Shown: in pieces, positions 12,307-24,600 of the stretch
How positions within the stretch are numbered: the first letter of the stretch is position 1
Layout of the letters: each line of letters starts with the position of its first letter
Source of the DNA: Tubulanus polymorphus
Taxonomy: Eukaryota; Animalia; Nemertea
Length of the DNA stretch: 64,000 nt
Assembly: GCF_964204645.1 (NCBI RefSeq)
Contig: NC_134026.1
Span: 1,139,950-1,203,949 of the forward strand
Reading direction: 5' to 3'
Translations under genes and position numbers: made by a program
Notes under the pieces: generated by a model
Seen by the model: the letters and a program-made list of their open reading frames with translations, nothing else
Told to the model about the DNA's origin: nothing
The model's database searches: none

Positions 12307-13446
12307 TTATTTTACTTCTGTCCCATCATTTACGCTGCATCTACTGTTACACACATAGAAACCACCGAATTCTAGAGCTGATTGTGGAATGACTTGTTCA
12401 TCAATTTTTGTGTAGCCGAGTAAACGCCTGCTGTATGCGGTTATAGTAGCGATTGAATTAAATGATTCGACACAGGCGCGTGTGAATCCGTTAGCTTCAG
12501 GCCCATATAGACAGTCGCTGAATGTCGGTAGCGGCCCTGCGATCGAAATCTGTAACTTGTGCAACGGACTCCAAACAGTTATATTCAAATTTCCAGCGCA
12601 ACCATCTCGATCTAAGTTCATAACCGAGTTATCCGGCCGAAAATCAAGTTCGATATCCTTCACCGGGTTCCGATAACCAATAAGGTGCCCCCGCACCGGG
12701 ATAGGCCCGAAATCGACTGGGCCACCGGATCCCGCGAAACCGACACCGTCCTTTTCTCGAACCCCCTCGATCCAAAACCACGCCCGAGGAAACGATTTAC
12801 CCCAATTTTTTTCCATATGAGCCACGCCTTTTCCGCGATACTCACGGACTTCGTCGCCATTACTTTCGGTCATTACGTAAGAAATAACAGGCGATCGAAG
12901 GCTGTATACGTACCAGTTCAATGGCAGAGGCAAATACGTTAACCAACTTTGGGGTCCGTATCCTTTCTCAGCCCAGGGCACCGGGCTTCCAATAGTAGCT
13001 CTGAAATTCACGTTCCCTACGGTGAAATTAAACACGGTTTTCTCGTTTGATACGTGAATAAAGCCGTATTCATTACTGCCCCAGGTGAAATCGGCATCGG
13101 GCGATCCGATATTTGGATCTTCTGTCACTGGTTGTCCATTTCTGACCGTTACATCGATGCTGTCGGCCGGCGGGAACGCGTTGTACTGTTGAAGAAATCC
13201 ATCCTTTTCCGTTTTTAAGAACGATATCATGGCCGGTTTCCCATTAGAAGTGGAGCCTGGCAGCACGAGTCCGAATAAAACAGCGACCGACCGAGAATTT
13301 GCCTCGTCAGTGATGCGGATATACCATCCTTCGAAAAATGGCCCTCGCCGTGGATAGACGTGAGGATCGTACAAATTTGAATTCACCAATACTGTAAATA
13401 CTGAGAGGAAATAGAATGCGCGTAACGATTTCCGAGACTCCTCCAT
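12307..13446 (-). CDS. Tocopherol cyclase (VTE1)-like protein, intronless, with predicted signal peptide
   Basis: Single 379-aa ORF with PH..P..GPFFEGWYIRI and AHMEKNWGKSFPRAWFWIEG, the two recalled signature motifs of the tocopherol cyclase family; hydrophobic N-terminus RAFYFLSVFTVLVNS. Confidence 0.85.
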   Translation of the reverse strand: MEESRKSLRAFYFLSVFTVLVNSNLYDPHVYPRRGPFFEGWYIRITDEANSRSVAVLFGLVLPGSTSNGKPAMISFLKTEKDGFLQQYNAFPPADSIDVTVRNGQPVTEDPNIGSPDADFTWGSNEYGFIHVSNEKTVFNFTVGNVNFRATIGSPVPWAEKGYGPQSWLTYLPLPLNWYVYSLRSPVISYVMTESNGDEVREYRGKGVAHMEKNWGKSFPRAWFWIEGVREKDGVGFAGSGGPVDFGPIPVRGHLIGYRNPVKDIELDFRPDNSVMNLDRDGCAGNLNITVWSPLHKLQISIAGPLPTFSDCLYGPEANGFTRACVESFNSIATITAYSRRLLGYTKIDEQVIPQSALEFGGFYVCNSRCSVNDGTEVK

Positions 13447-13674
13447 TGCGATTACTAGTTCTGTGCTGTTTATCAAAAATTCCCTATAATTTAATTTATA
13501 TGTATTTAAGTAACTTACACAATCAGTTGTTCAAATAACTCGGTTCGTGTTGATTAGAGTGAGATCTTATCAAACAATATCCATTTTCGCATTGATAACA
13601 ACGGTTTGGGTTGATACAGTTACGTGTCACATTCCCAACGGTATGGGTCACGCTAATAAATATACAAACCTGAA

Positions 13675-13797
13675 TATGGAAGTATGGAAGCCCTGAAACG
13701 ATATTACGAATTACGTTTTACGTTTTACGAATTACGATTTACGTTTTAATAACGTTCTACGTTTTACAAATTACGAATTACGTTAACGATTTACCAT
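13675..13797 (+). mobile_element. Truncated IS3EU-like MITE left end with internal TTACG-rich repeats
   Basis: TATGGAAG TATGGAAGCCCT resembles the terminus at 2352; followed by (TTACGAATTACGTT)-like repeats; no right terminus found. Confidence 0.5.
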
Positions 13798-13809
13798 ACG
13801 AGATCCCAT

Positions 13810-13850
13810 CTTCACCCGTCAAGGGATTCGAACCCACTACGCTAAAGCTG
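13810..13850 (-). repeat. tRNA-derived SINE-like fragment (B box / T arm)
   Basis: Reverse complement reads GTAGTGGGTTCGAATCCCTTGACGGGTG; no full cloverleaf. Confidence 0.45.
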
Positions 13851-14654
13851 TTCGCCGAACCCCTTGACCTCACGAGTCGTTGGAGTCGTTACTAGCCGAC
13901 CAGAATCCGGTCGTACCAATCACAGCGCTTGTAACAAACGACTTTAGGCTTCTATTGGTTTTCCCGTTAAATGGACCAATCAGCGAACGTTTTACTGAAC
14001 AAGGAAGTATTTCGCAAATCGATATATGACGACATGCGCAACAGCCCTAGTAATGAAATCACGCTTCGTGAGGCCAGGGGCTGGTAGAAGCGAGTTCGGG
14101 AGTGATACCGGACCCCTGGCAAGCGAGGATGACGAGATCCCTGCATTTCGGTATGTCGCACGGGGTCAATTCGGAGTAACGAATTACTATCAGAAGAACG
14201 AGTCGAAACGAATGTTCAAGGAATAGTAATTCCAAACTACCATTTTTTCTTTTAACTTTACCTAAAATGTCCTTATTTCTCGCTTTATGGCCACTACATG
14301 TACAACAGTTTTGAAAGACGAAGTAACTTGAATCGAATGATATCCTCTTTATATCAGCGGCGGATTATATCTTCAATCCTTCTCCCATCATCAATAATAA
14401 CATGACAAGAGAAATCCTTTTAATGTTGCCTTTATTCATATTATCAGTATTTGGTTACTGGCAAAAATTGCAAACATACAAAAACGTTGACAAAATGGCG
14501 GCGATTTATCATCTTTTCTAGTTAAACTCGGCAGCAGAGAAAAAGTCCACTGGAATTTTATGAATACAATTATTTGAGGAATAGTCGATACGCGGCCTGC
14601 TGTGGCATTTATACAATTAGCACACACATTATACTGGTTCCTATTTCAGCTGTA

Positions 14655-16628
14655 TTAACGGTATGAAAATTGCGTATAATTGCGAAATATGAGGATGTGT
14701 TCCTTCGTCGGCGATAAAGCGACTTCGACCCAGTCTTTTGACTTTATCTTAGGAGACGAACACACGATTCGATCTCCGATCGAGAACGATTTCGCCTCCC
14801 ACAGCCCCGCGCCGTATTGAACGGTTAACCCGTCGTAGACGAAATACTGAGGTAATTCCTTTTCGGCGCCATTTTTATACTGAATTCGAACTTTAGGCGG
14901 ATGCACCACGTTTCCCGTGTAGACACAGCCGATATTCACTAATTCACCAGGGTTGAATTTGATATAGTACGTTTTGTTGTCGTTCATTTTATGAATGTTC
15001 GTCCAGGATATGACAGACGGTTTTGCCTCGAGTGATTTCGTCTTGTCGTAATTGGTTTCCGTGCACAAGTCCCGTTGCGTGATAAGGGAACTGTGCTTTT
15101 TCGTGTATTTCTGGGTATGCGATAACTGAACGCAAACTAACCAAGGATGTTCGCCTTTGAAATCGTTGTTGTTGATTCTTAAATTCATTTTAACGACGTT
15201 GCCTTTTTTTCTGCCCGTCGTTAGTTTGACATTTTTGAAACACGATTTTCCTTTACGCGTGAACCATTCGAACAAATTACAGGCAACACTCGCTTCTTTG
15301 CCGAACATGTATTCAGTAATCATATGCGTCACCCCGGCTCTCGGATCGAATGATGAAACTGAAGTTTCGGCACTCCCCGTATGCAAAGTAGGCTCCGATT
15401 TGAACTTCATCTCGGCTTTAATATCGAATGTTGGCCGACCGCTTATATCCATCGGGATATGACTGGTGAGCGTAGGCGCGTTCACTGCGTACGTTCCCGC
15501 GTCTAGACCGCCCCACGATATATAAAGTATATGTAATCCTCGACACGACTTCTTCCTCACTACGGCGGCGTATCGCATCGACTCCAAAAACTCATCGGAT
15601 TTTATCGACGGTATTTTCACGCCGATCGAACACAGTTTTCCTTTTCGATCAAAGTATCCAGAAATTCCATCTTTATCTGTAATTAATCAAATCAAAAATT
15701 ACCGCGAGACGTTTTGAAGACTACGATGACAGCAATAAGACACACAAATCTACTTCTTCTAATTTGCCATTAGTTTTGTTTGAAACGATGTCCTGGTCAT
15801 TCCTTTGTAAATTGTATACTAGACGCTTATTTCGGAAAAAGAAGTGAGGATGTAATTTTCAGAATTAGTTAAATGCTTTTAGACAGAGAATCCCACATTG
15901 ATTCTAACCTTATAGTCATTTCAATAGATTATATGCTTAATTTTCTTGTTAAATCGGTGCGGGATTCTCAACATATCGTCAGAGCACGGACACAAGTGTT
16001 TCACCAATCTATAGTTAAATGCTTTTTAAGTTTTCCTATTTTTTGGCTATATACATTTCGTAGAAGTACGTAGTTCAGTGAATTTGGTGTGATACCTGTG
16101 TAATTCGGCGGATATGATCTGGAATACGAGTTGTTTGCCGCGGATGAAAATCTCGTCAAAAATCCAGAAATGTCCGGTTTACAATAAAAACGCAGTTCAA
16201 CTTTTCCCGATTTTCCTACTTTTCTCGTGGCGACGTCCAGAACCATGATACCGGGTAAATCTGGCCTGCATTCATCGTCCGGTGTACTTCTCTGCAAAAC
16301 AATTAAATTACGTTATTAGATCTCTTCTAAACTATCAAACTATATTCCTATATTGTTGTTGTTTGACAAATTTCAACACGATTCGATAAAACGAGAATAT
16401 TATATTCTAATCAGCTTTATGTTGATCGCGATCGATTTTGTCCTATCACTCACCCACCCGGGAAAAGGTTGCTTTCGGGCAATTGCTCTAGCGATGTAAG
16501 ATCGTTTATCCCTGCATAGAAAAAAAAATGAATGCACTTACCGACAAAACAATGGAAAGAACTAGAACGACGATAAACGCCAAAGACACGACTAAAAATA
16601 TAGCGATTGATGTTCTTTTGTTTATCAT
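14655..16628 (-). CDS. Putative signal-anchored or secreted protein with divergent Ig-like domains (model uncertain, possibly partly decayed)
   Basis: Exon MINKRTSIAIFLVVSLAFIVVLVLSIVLS|gtaag (phase 0) fits the acceptor at ~16292 (RSTPDDECRPDLPG...); ~1-kb open exon 15677-14655 with LHILYISWGGLDAGTYAV and GELVNIGCVYTG...GDRIVCSS, reminiscent of Ig strands. Confidence 0.5.
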
Positions 16629-17574
16629 TTTCAATCGTTACTGAAAACGCCTTCTTATAATTTGCGATACGTGGGACGACGTGCCCAGTGTCCAACACGC
16701 GCAACTATAGACAACGTTGATAGAGCTGTTCGAAAGATGTATGAAATGTTAGGTGCAAAGGGCATGTATTGTCTTGAATGTAATCTACTGCAGTAACTGG
16801 TACGGACGGAAACTAATTAAGCCATATCGTTTGCAAGCACGCGCAAGATTATAAAAAAGATGTTTACTCTGAATATTATAAGGTTGATTGTAGTCATCAT
16901 TAAGTAGGTCTCTCCGACCGTCTATGTAACGAGTGGATAAGTTATAAAAACAATTGCGGGAAGGACTCATATAGTCCCCCAGCCGACGGCAAGCTTTATG
17001 ATAATTCGGATCATAAAGAAACGGCAACTTTTGAGTAACTGAACTCATATCGTGTTAATGATAAATAACGATATGATAACTGATATGTTAGGATACGCGT
17101 TATGACTTAACCAAAAAGGAAACGGCTCGGACCTCCGCCTATAGGCAAGGTTCATCGTATATCTATAATTACACCGCAAATGAAATATTTTAGGGGATCT
17201 ACCGGGATGGCAGTAGCCGCATTAAAACACCGACCGCCACCGACTGCGTCATATTTTCCGACGAGATTACAAATTTTATTGCAGTTTTACAAAAGTGACC
17301 CGGCCATAATCTCTTATCTGGTATAAAACTGCTTATTACAAACAACATTAGATTTAATCATCCAATGAAAAATGTTGCATCAACAACGTGAACGATCTAT
17401 ATAGTCGTGATTATCTCAACAATATTACTACATGTATCTCTAAATCATAAGTAATTGATCCACAAAAAAACAAAGAAATCTGACTTTGAAAATCTGAAAC
17501 GACGCTCGATGACAATTCATCAAAGAACGGTTCTATATGTATCTCATGAAGATTTTGGCGGTATAGAGAGTAAA

Positions 17575-17694
17575 GAGAGTATGGCGGTATAACGGGGTGT
17601 TTTACTCAGTGTTTGTATTGTGATGTACATTGAGAAAACCTGGCGGTAGGCGGGGTAGCGGTATATGGGAGGGCGGTATATCAGGGGTTGACTG
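17575..17694. mobile_element. Remnant right end of a non-autonomous DNA transposon
   Basis: Repeated GGCGGTAT motifs ending in GGGGTTGACTG, similar to CAGT-starting pogo/Tc1-type MITE termini. Confidence 0.4.
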
Positions 17695-17722
17695 TTAAAT
17701 GTGTTTGTGTAATTCAATGCTT

Positions 17723-17845
17723 TTATTAGGGTTTTCTGACTTTCGTCGAAAACCCTCTTGAAATTCTGTTGATTATTATTATTAGGGTTTTCTGACTTTC
17801 GTCAAAAACCCTCTTGAAATTCTGTTGATTATTATTATTATTATA
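17723..17845 (+). mobile_element. Duplicated 58-bp hairpin-containing terminus, Helentron-associated (HINE-like) repeat
   Basis: TTATTAGGGTTTTCTGACTTTCGTC(G/A)AAAACCCTCTTGAAATTCTGTTGATTATTATT twice in tandem, with an AGGGTTTT/AAAACCCT inverted repeat and an (ATT)n run. Family assignment is by resemblance only. Confidence 0.5.
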
Positions 17846-18678
17846 TATTTTCCGCCGATTTCGTCATCTTCATTCAGATTCGGCAACTGACAGCTTCGAA
17901 ACGAAATGTATAAATTGATACTGTAATAACGGTCTCTCTGAACCAACAGATTGTCTGAATGTACTTTCCATCCTATTTGAAACTTAAAATTACTTATTAG
18001 GTTACTGTAAATTAAGAATTGAATTGAATTGTTAGACAACAAGCACCGGCGAAATAACAGTTTGTGACGTCATTTAGTTAGTAAATAAAGGAGGGCTCCG
18101 ATAATTTCCAAATCACGGGGACTATACTGGGGTTAGACCATTCAACCAAAAAGCGTATCTCAAGGTCGAAGAGAAACCAGGAAGTAAAACCCAAATTAAA
18201 TATATTGATAAAAATTTAGTTTATCATGATAATTGCGCAGTACTACAGTACCCTTTATTATCACGTGATGAGGTATGAATTATTTTTGATTTATTTGATG
18301 TACCGGTAAGTTTCGAACTGTTGGATATAGGCCCTAGAGTAGTGAATGACTTCCCCGAACACGGCTGCACACCCAAACCGGCGGAGGGCTTGTTTCACTT
18401 TCGATTTCAAGTCGAGCATGTCAAATGTACTTGAAGTAAGTGACAATTCTGGACCTTACCGTCCCCTAATTAAATTCGACGTCATGTCAGTGCAAAGAAG
18501 TTTTTTGATAAACATCGATAAGCTTTAAAATTTTAATAGGGCTTTTTTCATCCCAAATCTGTGTATTTGTACAATGATAAAATAACATCAGGCATTGGTG
18601 GAAAGAAGCCAACAGTGTCTACTACAGACTCATGAAAAGAAAGAATCTATTTTGTAGAACGGAATAAAATTGTGAAAA

Positions 18679-21600
18679 ATGCCAAGCCGTGTAGCAAAAA
18701 GAAAGGGTGAACACCTAGCAAGCGACAGTAGCATCGACAGCAATAGTAGAAAGCTTATTCTCGATCAAAAATGGTTAACTATGGAAAATGGTTTGAAAAG
18801 GGTCAGTTTTGAAAAATCAATTTTACCGATCAACCAAATCATTGAATACTAATTAATCGCTCATTTTAATCCTTATCTAACTACAGTTAGATGCTAATGA
18901 ATTGAAATCGTGGATTGAACATTATCGCGACACAATGCCCGGTACGCCGTTGATTTGGCTGCGAGATTTAGTCGCGAGAATCAACCATAAACTGCAAGAT
19001 ATTCCAGATAGAGATCCTACATTTCATGGTTATCCAGTAGGTATGTACATGGTTATCCAGTAGGTATGTACATGGTTATCCAGTAGGTATGTACACGGTT
19101 ATCCAGTAGGTATGTACATGGTTATCCAGTAGGTATGTACATGGTTATCCAGTAGGTATGTACATGGTTATCCAGTAGGTATGTACATGGTTATCCAGTA
19201 GGTATGTACACGGTTATCCAGTAGGTATGTACATGGTTATCCAGTAGGTATGTACATGGTTATCCAGTAGGTATGTACATGGTTATCCAGTAGGTATGTA
19301 CATTGTTATCCAGTAGGTATGTACATTGTTATCCAGTAGGTATGTACATGGTTATCCAGTAGGTATGTACATGGTTATCCAGTAGGTATGTACATGGTTA
19401 TCCAGTAGGTATGTACATGGTTATCCAGTAGGTATGTACATGGGTCATTCTTCGATAATTGCGTACTGATGTCCCTGACTTTCAACACCATAGAAAAATT
19501 CTGAAAATGGATCAAATGAAATTCTTTTTGCGCTTTAGGGAAATTCTTGACACGATTGAGTTTTCTTTATGTCTAATAAGATGTATTTATTGATGGAATT
19601 AACATTTTTTTTAATCCCAGAAGGTCAAGAGGTATGTGAAAATGCTATGTCCCAGACATCTAGATTTTTTTATGCTTACATAGCAGAAAAGTTCTTAGTT
19701 TTTGCGATATTTCAGGAAATTACTATTACATGTCTAAAATCACTATAGGCCTATAGGATGGCTTTAAAAGAAATATGAAAAAAAATTCCATCCCTAAATT
19801 TTGTTCATTTCCGTCATGGCTGATTAATTGATCAATCTCCGACAAGCATGTTAACCGGATGAATGTATGCGATGTTGCCAGGTAATGGAAGGCACCATTT
19901 TCAAATCTCAGCATCAAGGGATGTCTGAAACGCTATTTTAGCTATTCTTAGGTCATTTTGCCCAGTTCAATGCTCCATACGTAAAATATAGATGCTTAAC
20001 ACAGAGGCCTAACGCTTCTACTTGTGGACGCCAGGTACGTTCAGGTTTTGGATCTCCCCAAAATGATGTCATTGAAGCTTTATTTTGGTGTTTTCTGCAT
20101 CTCTCATATAAACTCATGCTTTGATTGACGTGGAACATTGATACTCATTCATGTGCAGAAGCAGCAGATCCTTGGACAGGGGTGGCTGATTTTCAGAGGG
20201 TTGGATGTAGAAATGCCATCACTTCCACTGTTTATGGTCTTCGTTTTCATTTATCTTCGTTATTATTTCTTAACTTTCAGATTATCCGCTTAATTTGCTG
20301 AAAGCTGATGTGAAAGTAGTTTTAGAAAATACAATAAAGACGACCGATCACGGAACTTTGGAACACATTTTTGAACACTGTGTACAATGCATTATTAATC
20401 ATACACAATGCGGTAAGTGTCGTTGTATACATTTAAAAAGAATTGAACTTTAAAACATTCTTTGATCCAGTGATTATTTGCTAGTTCATATTATAATACA
20501 TGTATTACCGACAGCCTTGTGCAAGTGCTTGGCCTATATAGATTGGAAACAGGTTTTGGTCATGAATTAGTGATATAGATTTGAACAGTGATATCTACTT
20601 TTTATCTTGCGTAATTCCATCTGTGGTGTTTCTATTTTAGGTGAATCAAGTTTTGGTTATAGATTGGTGGTGCAAATTTTGGCTTCAGTTCATCCTGATG
20701 TCACGTTGACTTCTTTGTCGAAAGTAAGACATTTATTGGAATTGTTCGCTAGAGGTGATGAAGGATCTTTCGTAGGCTTTTCCTTTCTTTTCTTCACTCG
20801 ATGTAAATATTGAGGTTTTATTTTCGTTTCTCGCATCATTTTTAACAACGCTCACAAATTTGCTAATCCAGTGGAAAAAGACTCTACAAAGTCGCCATGA
20901 ACACATGAAAGGGATGTTTGGGGAGATGCTTATTTTCATACAGGGTATTACGGTTATTATAAGCAGGGGTTTTGATACATGTATAAATCTTTATATATTG
21001 TCAATATTTTATTAGTATCTTGAACTGATGAAACACAATCAAACCAAACAAGAATTGTGTTTAGCAGTTATGTGGGCCACCGGGCAGTGTGGTTACAAAG
21101 ATCTTTATTGCGGATTGCGAGGTAACTTTTTTAAATGTTGCTATCTATTACTGATAAGCTACCGCAGCCAGTATTTCATGATACATATCGTAGAAGTGGG
21201 CTTTTAGTATTATTTAGCTGTAGCTTCTCCCGCATTTGTAGAATCTTCACTGTCTGAATTTTTGTAGATTATATTTTAAACATTTAGAATACATCTAGAG
21301 CTTTTTTCAAGCGACTCATTTTATAACTCATCATTTTGTGTATTTTGTTTTAACTAATAACACAGTGTCCGTCTCTTTATTCGATCATTCAGATTCTATC
21401 GATCACATTCTATTCTTCGAAAGGATAATCGCGTAGTTTTCATTTTCAGTATGGTTAGCAGTTATGGTTCCGACGTTAGGTTTACCGGTGATGTCTGACT
21501 ATGCCGTTTGGTATATAACCTACTTATTTGAGTAAGAAAACCACATAAAGCTCTTATATTATACTAAAAATTCTGATAATGATTTATACGATGAATTTAT

Positions 21601-24600
21601 ATTTGTAGGATGCACGGTGATGTACGGAGCGCTTACTCCTCTATCACATTCAGAGATTACTTTCCAATATTAGACATCATTATGTCCGGTTCATCGGCTC
21701 TATCGGGATATAACCAAAGGAAATTAGCTCATCTGTATCCGAAGATGAAAGTAAGTAAACACATCTTACACGTCAAACTATCATGATATGTCTCAGTTTT
21801 CTTCGATAGAAAAGTCTTTGTCTTCGTAGGAAATCGCATTTGGTGAACAGTCAGACGGGAAGTTGAAGAATTTTTTTCCATCATTCCTAGCTCGTATCAA
21901 AACATCAACGAGCGATACTTTCACTCATGAGGTATTTCACCTGTACCCCAGTAATAAGTTGCAGTTTCGCGATCGAATCCTGTCATTCAAAATAACTGAT
22001 TCTTTGCAGTTACTCTCTTGTCTTGCCGCCTGCCTTGAAAGAGATATTGATTGTTTCAATGTTTGGGAGAAGATGTATACCACGCATATTGAACAATCAA
22101 GGTACATTAAACTTACCGTTTATGAAAATAATCCTTGTTACTTTAGGGGGTAGGTGTTATCTTAAATCATCATTCGTCTCAATCAATCGCTTTATCTTAT
22201 TTACAGCATATTCATCAATTACTTAGCCAAAAATTGGGAAACACTTTCAAAACGAATTGATAAGACAAGGCTTCAAAAGACGTTGAATAAGTTAAGGGCA
22301 TTTAAAGGTTATGAAGTAGCTGGGTATCAAAAATTCATCGAGGCATGTCAGGTGAGAAGGGATTAAAAATCAGCCGATGGCCAAACCTGAGTGAACTGTT
22401 TATGAATTAGGAATCCTTTTGATATTTCAGAATCTGAAAAATGAGATGAATAAGAAAGTGGAATCTAATGAATCTGAAGAATCCACGAAAACACATTCAC
22501 AAGACAGTAGAAAAACGTCAGTTCGTGTGATTATTATAGCAGTTTTTATCGGAGTTATTATAGGCTGTTTATTCTATGTGGGTTACAAATCATTGCCAGG
22601 TAAAAATCAGACATGAACAATTAACTTTGTGAATAGCTTCGTATCATCTTCATTCAAACCTGTTATTTTTATCATAGAAGAGAAAGGCTGGATGGAACAT
22701 GCATTCAGCGGTTTTAAAGGGTGAGTATTTCTATACATACTGCAGTTATAGCATGCTTTAAAACCTACATGTCTGTAATATAACAAGAATCCCATAATAA
22801 AAACGAGAAAATAATGTTAATTCAACATTTCGACCTTATTCTAATAGTCATGTTCAGGAATACTGAAGATGACTATTAGTTTATAGTTAGAACGTTGAAT
22901 AATCTACCAGCTCAAGGAAACATCTTTGGACTATTATTTTCTCATCTTTATTGTGGGATTCTCGTTATATTATCGTCTCAACATGGATAGGCCTATAGTG
23001 TTTATCAATGGTGACTGAATGTCTGTATTTCGATACATGTATATTTCAGATATTTCCATGACAAAGTGTATGGACCACAGCGATTGACGTATTATGAAAT
23101 GATGACGAATAAACTTCGAACCACCGGCGTTATTGTATGTTTTCTTTTACGACTTCTATTGAAATGAAATGTACATAAGTATTATCTATGTATCATCTTG
23201 TATGGTTTCAGACGAAGGGAGTGTTGGACCAGATTTTTGAATGGTCAGGAACATATTTATGGATTCTTGGTGATATGCTATCCGTGTGGCTGTCAGTGTT
23301 ATTCTCATACATCGATATCATGTTTCAAAAAATAATGACATCAGTATTTTTGTAAGTATACATGTGTATTTAGCCTAAACATTAGTAATCATGTTCAATA
23401 AGTCATCAAGTTGTATTTTCCAGTATTCATATATTTTGTTTCTCTCATGCCTTTTAAATCTGTGTCGTAGTTTGTAAAGTTGTATAAACACCTAACTCGC
23501 ACTAGGATTGGATGACATCCCGATTCCCTTTTACCTAATTCAATCTAGTTGCCTAAGTCGCAGGTCTGGACCACAGTTCCACAGTCGTGAGTTAAGATTT
23601 GACTCAGAGTTAAGTCATTGAAAATGAACTAATTTTAACTCAAGAGTTAACTCATAACTGGAACTGGATCCTGATGATCTAAATTGAAATTCTTCTAGCA
23701 ATAATCAAATTGATTGTTGAGATACATTTGTTTTCAGATTTGTAACTGAAATGGTGCCAAATGCAGCAGATGCATCAATGGAATTCTTACATCCATACTA
23801 CTTACGTCTCTGCGATTCTGCAATTTCTGCTGTAGAATATTTAAAACCTTATTGCATCGAGGCTTTGAACTATACATACTCAATTCTTCAATATCTTTTA
23901 CACAAGGTAACTTAAGTTAAGAATGAATCGGCGTGCACACTGGTACCTCATTATAATCACCTCTGATACAAGGAATTATCAGTTACAGTTAAACTTGCAT
24001 CAGTTTGAAAAGTTGGGACTGGCAAAATACGTCAGACAGAAAATTGAGCGTAAGTCGGATTTAGGGATATTTACTATAAAAATGAAACCTAGTTTAGATA
24101 AAGGTTGTCTGAACATAACGTTACCATCAGGAGAAAACTATAGAACCAGGCAATTATGTGACACTGTTGATCCTTTTACAAAAACTCTGAAAGGTCCAAG
24201 TTTTCCTTGGAAACAATTACAAAGATTTTAATAGGAAAATTAAGTGGTAATTGCGGACCTACAAATTACTCCGGAGTTGTCTGATTTTCTGACTAACAGC
24301 GATCAGTCTTATGCAAGTTTGACTTCATTAGAAACCTAGAATTAGAAACCCAAATTATAAACATCATTGTGTTATAACAGTTAAATCAGTTAAGGTTTAG
24401 CCGCCTTCTGCACCTTATTAAGCTGAAACTAGTAGAAAGTGAGCGTCGTGAAGGTTCATAATAATAAATGCTATTTCTCGGGACGTGGTTTCGGTTTTAT
24501 TGCCTTTACTCAAATGAATAGGTCGATACATCTTGAGAAATTGCATAGTAGACCCCACCTTAACTTTGTTTCTGTCCATTCTGTGCCTAAACCGGTAAAC

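Noticed and set aside
13810-13850. Second tRNA gene on the minus strand
   Set aside because: Only a T-arm/B box is present; no D arm or acceptor stem pairing.
16001-16003. TGA after LTIDW as selenocysteine
   Set aside because: Frame closes again ten codons later and no SECIS was evident.
17728-17754. CTGA...GAAA hairpin as hammerhead ribozyme
   Set aside because: CTGACTT does not fit CUGANGA; better explained as a repeat-element subterminal inverted repeat.
19025-19443. CRISPR-like repeat array
   Set aside because: Head-to-tail repeats with no unique spacers, eukaryotic context, no cas genes.
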